Assembly: GCA_937873525.1 (NCBI GenBank)
Contig: CALMWJ010000081.1
Span: 1 to 41,529, forward strand
Reading direction: 5' to 3'
From: an uncultured Peptococcaceae bacterium
GTDB taxonomy: Bacteria > Bacillota > Peptococcia > DRI-13 > UBA5745
Length of the DNA stretch: 41,529 nucleotides
Of the stretch, positions 35,204 through 41,529 are shown one piece after another. Numbering within the stretch: the stretch's first letter is position 1; each line of letters begins with the position of its first letter. The notes beneath the pieces are model-generated. The model was not told the origin of the DNA. It searched no databases and was given only the letters and a program-made list of their open reading frames with translations. Position numbers and translations under genes: made by a program.

Positions 35204-35902
35204 CTAGAGTGGTTTTCGCGCAGGCATACCGGCTTTTCTTGGATAGGCCGGAGGGGTCTGTTTGTTTTTCTGAATGAGGACAATATGCCGCTGGCCTTGG
35301 TTGTCGGGAAGCTCGGCCGACTCCGTGCCCAACAAGGCACCTCCCAGCAGGTTCAAGGCTCGGTCCGCGTCTGCCAGTTCCTGGAGATAGCCGGGGCCTT
35401 TGTAAGCGGCCATCACGCCATTGATTTTCAACAGGGGTAAGCCATATTCCGCAAGGACGGAAAGAGAGGCCACCGCCCGCGATACAACCCAGTCGAAGCG
35501 CTCGCGGTATAGCTTGTTCTGGCCGGCTTCCTCAGCGCGCAGATGGACTGCCTGAATGTCCTTTAAGTCCAAGGCTTGACATACCCTATTAAGAAAGTCT
35601 GTTTTTTTAGCTGACGCCTCAAATAGGACCATCTGGATGTCCGGACAGACAATTTTTAAAGGGATACCCGGAAAACCGGCGCCGGAGCCCAAATCTGCGA
35701 CGAGCCCTTTCCCCTGCCATGCCTTTGCATGCGTCAACAGCAGCGAATCCAGAAAGTGCTTGATCCAAATGTCTTCAGGTTCCGTAATGGCCGTCAAATT
35801 AAACTTCTGATTCCACTCCAGCAGCAAGTCCATGTATTGGTCAAATCTCAGTTTCTGGGTCTTCGTCAACTCCAGTCGGAATGAATTGAATCGAGAATCC
35901 AT
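35204..35902 (-). CDS. rsmG: 16S rRNA m7G527 methyltransferase (GidB)
   Basis: WNQKFNLTAI, HFLDSL, DLGSGAGFPGIPL, VSRAVA, YPRKAG. Confidence 0.97.
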   Translation of the reverse strand: MDSRFNSFRLELTKTQKLRFDQYMDLLLEWNQKFNLTAITEPEDIWIKHFLDSLLLTHAKAWQGKGLVADLGSGAGFPGIPLKIVCPDIQMVLFEASAKKTDFLNRVCQALDLKDIQAVHLRAEEAGQNKLYRERFDWVVSRAVASLSVLAEYGLPLLKINGVMAAYKGPGYLQELADADRALNLLGGALLGTESAELPDNQGQRHIVLIQKNKQTPPAYPRKAGMPARKPL

Positions 35903-37806
35903 CAGCACGTCTCCTTTGTATTTCTTTGGTTTTGCTGCTCCAGGTAGATCAGCAGCACAGAAATATCGGCGGGGGTAATGCCGGTGATCCGGGATGCCTG
36001 CCCAAGGGTCTCCGGACGATGGAGATTCAGCTTTTCACGGGCTTCCAAGGAAAGACCCTGGATCGGTAAATAATCTGCGTCCTGGGGAAGCGCCTTCTGT
36101 TCCAATTTATTGAATTGCCGGACCTGCGCTTCCTGTTTTTCGATATAGCCTTCATAACGAACCTGGATATCCAGCTGTTCTTCCACCTCTTCCGGATAGC
36201 TCGGCATTTGGGGCAATGCTTTCAGCGTCTGATATGACAATTCCGGACGTCTCAGCAATTCCATCAATGTGATGCCATGCTTTGGCAAAACGCTGCCTGC
36301 TTTGGTCAGCGTTTTGAGCATGGTCTCATCCTTCGGAGAAATCACCGTGTCACGAAGGGCTTTGATGCCTTCTTCAATCATCGCCTTTTTTTCGAGGAAT
36401 GCCCGATACCGAGCCTCCGGCAGCAGCCCGATCCGATATCCCGCTTCGGAAAGTCTTAAGTCTGCATTATCCTGCCGCAGCAACAAGCGATATTCGGCGG
36501 CAGAGGTCAGCATACGATAAGGTTCACTGATTCCCTTGACCACCAGGTCATCGATCAGGACGCCGATATAGGCTTGGGATCTTGACAACACAAAGGGCTC
36601 CTTGCCTTGAATCGCCAAAGCGGCATTGATCCCGGCCATCAAACCTTGGGCAGCGGCCTCTTCGTATCCGGAAGTTCCGTTGATTTGGCCTGCAAAATAC
36701 AGTCCGCGAATGGATTTGCTTTCCAAAGTATGCCGCAGCACAAGGGAATCGATGGCGTCATACTCGATGGCGTAACCGGACCGGACCACTTCCGCCTTCT
36801 CCATGCCTGGCACCGTGTGGAGAAACTTTTCCTGGACATCTTCCGGCAATGCGGATGAAAATCCTTGAAAATAATATTCCTGGGAATCCAGGCCTTCCGG
36901 CTCTACGAAGAGCTGGTGCCTTTCCTTGTCATGGAAGCGGATGACTTTGTTTTCAATCGAAGGACAGTAACGGGGTCCAATGCCGGGCAGTTCGCCAGTG
37001 TAAAAAAGGGACCGCCCGAGGTTTTCACGAATGATTCTATGGGTGGTCTCATTGGTATAAGTCAGATAGCATGGCAGATCCGGCAAATCCTGCCGCGTTT
37101 CTTCCGTTATCGCGAATGAGAAATGACGTCTCCGGGGATCTCCGGGCTGAAGGGTCATTTTCGAAAAATCGATGCTCCGTTGATGCAGCCTGGGAGGCGT
37201 TCCCGTTTTAAACCGACGTACGTTGAATCCGATGCTGCGCAGGGAATCGGATAGACCGTAAGCCGGCATCTGTCCGACCGGCGCCCCCGGGACATTGGAT
37301 TCCCCCCGGATGATTCGGCTATCCAGATAAGTCCCGGTGCAAAGGATCACCGTTTTGGAAAGATATTGGGCTCCGGTTTCTGTTTCAACGCCCAACAGGT
37401 TGCCCGCATCGTCCGTTAAAATGGCAACGGCTACATTTTGCCGCACCAGCAGATTTTCCTGTTGGTCCATGATCCGGATCATGCGCCGCTGATATTGATA
37501 TCGGTCGGATTGGACTCTGAGCGCATGGACGGCCGGTCCTTTGCCGGTGTTCAGCAGTTTTGCCTGAAGGGCTGTTGCATCGGTATTGATGCCCATTTCT
37601 CCGCCTAAAGCGTCGATCTCGCGGACAATATTGCCTTTGGCAGGTCCGCCAATAGATGGATTACACGGCATGAGGGCAATCAAGTCACGGCTGATGGTCA
37701 GAAGCAGTGTCTGACAGCCCAGCCTTGAGGCCGCCAGGGCCGCTTCGCAGCCGGCATGACCTCCGCCCACAACGACACAATCAAATGTTCCAGCGAAAAA
37801 AGCCAT
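35902..37806 (-). CDS. mnmG: tRNA U34 carboxymethylaminomethyl modification enzyme (GidA)
   Basis: GGGHAGCEAA, CNPSIGGPAKG, FKTGTPPRL, GPRYCPSIE, AGQINGTSGYEEAAAQG. Confidence 0.98.
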   Translation of the reverse strand: MAFFAGTFDCVVVGGGHAGCEAALAASRLGCQTLLLTISRDLIALMPCNPSIGGPAKGNIVREIDALGGEMGINTDATALQAKLLNTGKGPAVHALRVQSDRYQYQRRMIRIMDQQENLLVRQNVAVAILTDDAGNLLGVETETGAQYLSKTVILCTGTYLDSRIIRGESNVPGAPVGQMPAYGLSDSLRSIGFNVRRFKTGTPPRLHQRSIDFSKMTLQPGDPRRRHFSFAITEETRQDLPDLPCYLTYTNETTHRIIRENLGRSLFYTGELPGIGPRYCPSIENKVIRFHDKERHQLFVEPEGLDSQEYYFQGFSSALPEDVQEKFLHTVPGMEKAEVVRSGYAIEYDAIDSLVLRHTLESKSIRGLYFAGQINGTSGYEEAAAQGLMAGINAALAIQGKEPFVLSRSQAYIGVLIDDLVVKGISEPYRMLTSAAEYRLLLRQDNADLRLSEAGYRIGLLPEARYRAFLEKKAMIEEGIKALRDTVISPKDETMLKTLTKAGSVLPKHGITLMELLRRPELSYQTLKALPQMPSYPEEVEEQLDIQVRYEGYIEKQEAQVRQFNKLEQKALPQDADYLPIQGLSLEAREKLNLHRPETLGQASRITGITPADISVLLIYLEQQNQRNTKETC

Positions 37807-37817
37807 TGCTTTTCCTC

Positions 37818-39197
37818 CTACTTTCCCAGACAAAAGCGGGCAAAAATCTCGGAAACCACGGCTTCCTTGACGGTTTCGCCGGTGATTTCCCCTAAATATG
37901 ACCAGGCATCCTGAAGATCAATGGACAGCAAATCGGTAGAGACTCCGCTTAAAAGGCCCTCGCAGGCGCTCTTCAGAGCCTTTTTCGTTTGAGCCAAGGC
38001 TTCTTCTTGCCTGCGGTTGATTAAAACGGCTGTATTGCCCGCTGTGAGCGTGCCTGCCTCAAACCGTTCACGGATTTTCCGGATCAACGCATCGATCCCT
38101 TCCTGTTCCAACGCCGATAGGATGCAGACCTCAAAGGGACCGGCCTCTTCTCGAATCGATCCTTCGCCTTCGGTGACCAAATCCGCCTTATTGGCAATCA
38201 ATAAGGTTTTTTGGGGATCCAGGCCATGGAGCAGCTGCTGGTCTTCCTGCGTGAACCCTTGGGACAAATCCAGCACAAAAAGGACCAGATCAGCCTCTGC
38301 CGCAGCACGTTTGGCACGTTCTACTCCTTCTTTCTCCGCCAGGCTGCCCGTTTCCCGGACGCCTGCGGTATCCATCAGTATGATGGGGATTCCCTGGATC
38401 ATCATGCGTTCCTCGATCACATCCCGGGTCGTCCCCGGCTCCGCTGTGACGATGGCGCGTTTCTGCTGCAGTAAACCATTGAGCAAACTGGATTTTCCCA
38501 CATTTGGCCGCCCATAGAACACGATTCGCAGTCCTTCCCGGTAAATGCGGCCATAGGCTGCAGTTTCAAGCAAACGATCGATCTGCCGGAGCATGCTGAG
38601 AATTTCAGTTTTAAAAGTGACGGGCTCCAATGCCTGAGGAAATTCATCCGGGAAATCAATTTCAGCTTCGATCGAAGCAATCCAGCCAATGATTTTGTTT
38701 TTGATCATTTTGATATGATCGGATAAGCTTCCCTGCATTTGCTGGATCGCCACTTCTGCCATAACTTGGTTGGAGGATGAAACCAGATCCATAACCGACT
38801 CGGCCTGGGAAAGGTCCATCTTTCCATTTAAGAAGGCGCGTTGCGTAAACTCTCCCGGCTTTGCCGGCCGTACGCCTTGCCCTGCCAGCGCCTGTATGAC
38901 CCTGGCTAAGACCAAGGGGCCTCCATGGCACTGCAGCTCGGCCACATCCTCCCCGGTAAAACTGGAGGGCCCTTGCATTTTCAGCAGCAAGGCCTGATCG
39001 AGAAGGACATCGCCTTCGTAAATCAACCCATAAGCCAAAGCATAGCAGGGCATGTCTTTGATCAAGGTGCCCTTCTTGCTCCGGAACAAGGCTTGGGCTG
39101 CAGGAAAAGCTTTCGGACCCGAAATGCGTATGGCGCCCATGGCGCCCATTCCCTGGGCGGTGATGATGGCTGCAATGGTGTCCTGGGTCTCGATCAT
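37818..39197 (-). CDS. mnmE: tRNA modification GTPase (TrmE)
   Basis: DTIAAI, SFTGED..CHGG, GRPNVGKSS, GTTRD, DTAG, NKAD, C-terminal FCLGK. Confidence 0.98.
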   Translation of the reverse strand: MIETQDTIAAIITAQGMGAMGAIRISGPKAFPAAQALFRSKKGTLIKDMPCYALAYGLIYEGDVLLDQALLLKMQGPSSFTGEDVAELQCHGGPLVLARVIQALAGQGVRPAKPGEFTQRAFLNGKMDLSQAESVMDLVSSSNQVMAEVAIQQMQGSLSDHIKMIKNKIIGWIASIEAEIDFPDEFPQALEPVTFKTEILSMLRQIDRLLETAAYGRIYREGLRIVFYGRPNVGKSSLLNGLLQQKRAIVTAEPGTTRDVIEERMMIQGIPIILMDTAGVRETGSLAEKEGVERAKRAAAEADLVLFVLDLSQGFTQEDQQLLHGLDPQKTLLIANKADLVTEGEGSIREEAGPFEVCILSALEQEGIDALIRKIRERFEAGTLTAGNTAVLINRRQEEALAQTKKALKSACEGLLSGVSTDLLSIDLQDAWSYLGEITGETVKEAVVSEIFARFCLGK

Positions 39198-39212
39198 GAA
39201 AGCCCTCCTTTC

Positions 39213-39239
39213 AAAAAAAATGCCGGCATTGCCGGCATT
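39213..39239 (-). terminator. Terminator-like hairpin between jag and mnmE
   Basis: AATGCCGGC-AAT-GCCGGCATT running into a T tract just before the mnmE RBS. Confidence 0.6.
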
Positions 39240-39254
39240 AAAAATATCAATATG

Positions 39255-40172
39255 TTACCACAAAGTACTTTTATCCTTGCCGTTTCGATCACTGGGAACA
39301 TCCACGTCCTCGATGTTCGTATAGGTTCTCTTGGGCGGCCTTTCACTGAACCGTCGTTCAGAGGTGTAGGTCGGCGAAGGTTTCTTCGGAGCCTGTGGAC
39401 GATCACTGCTTTTCCGTTCGCTGCTGTAGCTTCTCGTGCCGCCGTTGGTTGGCGATATGACCAAACGGCGATAGGGTTCTTCCCCTTCACTGAGGGTTTT
39501 GACTTCAGGATCGTTTTGAAGAGCGGTGTGGATAAGCCGTCTTTCCAGTGGACTCATGGGTTCTAGGACAACCTTGTGCCCCGTCCGTTTGACACGGGAG
39601 GCTAACCGCTTGGCCAATCGCGTCAGGGTTTCTTCCCGTCGGCCGCGATATCCCTCCGCATCCAGAATGATCCGCTTACGTTCCGTCTCGTGGCTCTTGT
39701 TGGAAATAATATTGGCGAGGTATTGGAGGGCATCCAGGGTATCCCCGCGGCGGCCGATCAAGGTGCCCATATGCTCGCCGGAAAGGATGAATTGGACGTA
39801 TTCGTCCGTTTCCGTGCGTTTCACGTCCGCCGGTGCGCCCATCAAAGAAGTCACATTGCTCAGGAATTCAGAGGTTTTATCGCTTCCGGCAGAGGCAAGC
39901 TTCGGCGCACGCGGTGTTTCCTCTCCAGTCTTTTCTGTTTTCCTGATCGAAGTTTTCGGCTCGATGGCAAGCTTTTCGGATGTTTTGGTTTCAGCCGGTT
40001 CAATTTTCGTGACCCTGACCTTAGCATCTTTGGCGCCCAGAAATCCAAAAAGTCCTTTGGAAGCCTCTTCTAATACTTCAACAACGGCTTCAGCCTCGGT
40101 GCATCCCAATTCACTCAGCGCCAGCCGAATGGCTTCATCTTTCGTACGGGCTGACTTTAATACAACCTTCAT
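39255..40172 (-). CDS. jag: RNA-binding protein Jag/EloR/KhpB
   Basis: Jag_N (KGLFGFLG), KH (LIGRRGDTLDALQYL), R3H (ERRLIH, SEGEEPYR). Confidence 0.96.
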   Translation of the reverse strand: MKVVLKSARTKDEAIRLALSELGCTEAEAVVEVLEEASKGLFGFLGAKDAKVRVTKIEPAETKTSEKLAIEPKTSIRKTEKTGEETPRAPKLASAGSDKTSEFLSNVTSLMGAPADVKRTETDEYVQFILSGEHMGTLIGRRGDTLDALQYLANIISNKSHETERKRIILDAEGYRGRREETLTRLAKRLASRVKRTGHKVVLEPMSPLERRLIHTALQNDPEVKTLSEGEEPYRRLVISPTNGGTRSYSSERKSSDRPQAPKKPSPTYTSERRFSERPPKRTYTNIEDVDVPSDRNGKDKSTLW

Positions 40173-40210
40173 TGCTCAATGCCCCCTTCCAGGATCTGTC
40201 GTACAGGAAC

Positions 40211-41062
40211 CTACTCATCGCTTTGATCAAAATCCAAGGCTTTACCCCGGTTATTATCCTCGGCGCTGCTTTTGTTTTGTTTTACGGGTTTCTGCGGTTT
40301 TTTGAGCACTTTTTTCTGGCTTGCGGGACGGGAAGCTGCTTTTGCCGCCCTGGCCTCCGCTTCGGCGCGCTCTTCCTCTTCCATGACCTTCTTCATTTCT
40401 TTATGGGACCTGTCAATGATGATATTCGTCACATATTGCAAGCCTGCGCCCAAAGTATTGAAGGCAACCCAGTAAATCGCCAGGCCCGCCGCGAAATTGC
40501 GGCTCATCCAACCAATCATCAGCGGCATGATGTAAAGCATGGTGATCGTCATAGACTGAGCTGACGCACCGGTCTGAGGCGATGCGGACATGGTGATTTT
40601 AGATTGGACGTAAGAAGAAATGGCGACCAGGATCGGCAGGATCACCTTATCCGACTGGCTGATGTTGGGGATCCAGAAGAATGCAGACCCTAAAGCTTCA
40701 TACTGGAAATCCCTCAATGCCTGGAACAATGCAAAAAGAATCGGCATCTGGATCAGCATGGGCAGACAGCCGGACACAGGGTTTGCATTATATTTTTTGT
40801 ATAATGCGGCAATTTCACGGTTCAGGATCTCTGGGCTGTTTTTATATTGCTGCTGCAGCTGCTGCATTTTAGGCTGGATCAGCTGCATGCTTTTGGTCAT
40901 TTTGGATTGACGCAGCGACAGCGGGAACATCAGCACCCTGACAATGACTGTAAAGATGATGATGGCCAGACCGTAGTTGGGAATTCCCACCGATACCGTT
41001 AATTTATAAAGGATCGTTAAAAAATCAGCCAATAGTTTTACAAGCGCATTCCACAAAATCAT
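40211..41062 (-). CDS. yidC: Membrane protein insertase YidC/Oxa1
   Basis: YGLAIIIFTVIVR, GCLPMLIQMPI, GLAIYW. Confidence 0.96.
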   Translation of the reverse strand: MILWNALVKLLADFLTILYKLTVSVGIPNYGLAIIIFTVIVRVLMFPLSLRQSKMTKSMQLIQPKMQQLQQQYKNSPEILNREIAALYKKYNANPVSGCLPMLIQMPILFALFQALRDFQYEALGSAFFWIPNISQSDKVILPILVAISSYVQSKITMSASPQTGASAQSMTITMLYIMPLMIGWMSRNFAAGLAIYWVAFNTLGAGLQYVTNIIIDRSHKEMKKVMEEEERAEAEARAAKAASRPASQKKVLKKPQKPVKQNKSSAEDNNRGKALDFDQSDE

Positions 41063-41077
41063 CCTGCTGTAAACGGG

Positions 41078-41338
41078 TTACAGCAGTTCACCTCCTGTCA
41101 GTTGTTTTTTATCGTTTGTTGGACTTTTTTGAGGGACTGGATCCCACCCTCCGGGATGAAAAGGATGGCACTTGGCAATCCTTCGTATGGTCAGCCATGT
41201 GCCCTTCAAAGCGCCGAATCTTCGAATGGCTTCCATGCTGTATTGGGAACACGTAGGATAAAAACGACAAGAAGGCGGCTTCAGGGGAGAAATAAATCTC
41301 CTGTAAAAAGCGATCAGTTTCAGTAAAAACCAACTCAT
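41078..41338 (-). CDS. yidD: Membrane protein insertion efficiency factor
   Basis: [30 protein letters not shown]. Confidence 0.97.
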   Translation of the reverse strand: MSWFLLKLIAFYRRFISPLKPPSCRFYPTCSQYSMEAIRRFGALKGTWLTIRRIAKCHPFHPGGWDPVPQKSPTNDKKQLTGGELL

Positions 41339-41342
41339 ACGC

Positions 41343-41529
41343 TCACTTCCCTAAAATGCCTGATCGATGAAGAACCCGGGAAAGATCCTTTTGGATCTGC
41401 GAAAAAGAGGCAGCCGCGATCCGGCTGCGTCCAACAATCACAAAATCGGTCCCCTCAGGCAGGATTCCGATGTAGGGACGGACCGCTTCCCGCAGCCTTC
41501 TCCGCACCCGGTTGCGCAACACGGAATTG
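41343..41529 (-). CDS. rnpA: RNase P protein, 3' part (not in the ORF track; 5' end outside window)
   Basis: Manual translation [32 protein letters not shown]-stop contains the RNR motif; synteny with yidD. Confidence 0.93.
   Translation of the reverse strand, partial: NSVLRNRVRRRLREAVRPYIGILPEGTDFVIVGRSRIAAASFSQIQKDLSRVLHRSGILGK

Overview
Origin-proximal chromosomal segment of a Firmicute (Clostridia-like; family placement is inference). From about 8.9 kb to the right end every supported gene is on the - strand, read away from an oriC expected just beyond the right edge. Right to left: rnpA (partial)-yidD-yidC-jag-mnmE-mnmG-rsmG-noc-parA-parB; a four-gene NAD(H)-linked [FeFe]-hydrogenase operon (HndABCD/HydCDBA type, predicted electron-bifurcating); DUF554, DUF4446, an M23 peptidase-bactofilin pair, family-4 uracil-DNA glycosylase, CvpA, a HEAT-repeat protein, MscS, DUF951; rpsF-ssb-rpsR, yybS, rplI, dnaB, an FAD/Fe-S oxidoreductase; tRNA-Lys and tRNA-Val; lemA-DUF2207; a YtrA-like GntR/ABC operon; mutY, DUF1648; a BMP-type nucleoside ABC transporter, a lipid kinase and ybaK. 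No transposase, integrase, prophage or CRISPR-Cas was seen. The protein content is mostly housekeeping, and I cannot claim a definitely new system. The most interesting signals are non-coding: a structured 2 x 49-bp repeat between the two tRNAs, a structured leader of about 185 nt before the nucleoside transporter, interlocking GGGGAC REP-like palindromes, a perfect parS abutting the parAB -10 box, and several candidate operators. All calls come from reading motifs by eye, with no database searches; start codons were adjusted from the ORF track where an RBS supported it.
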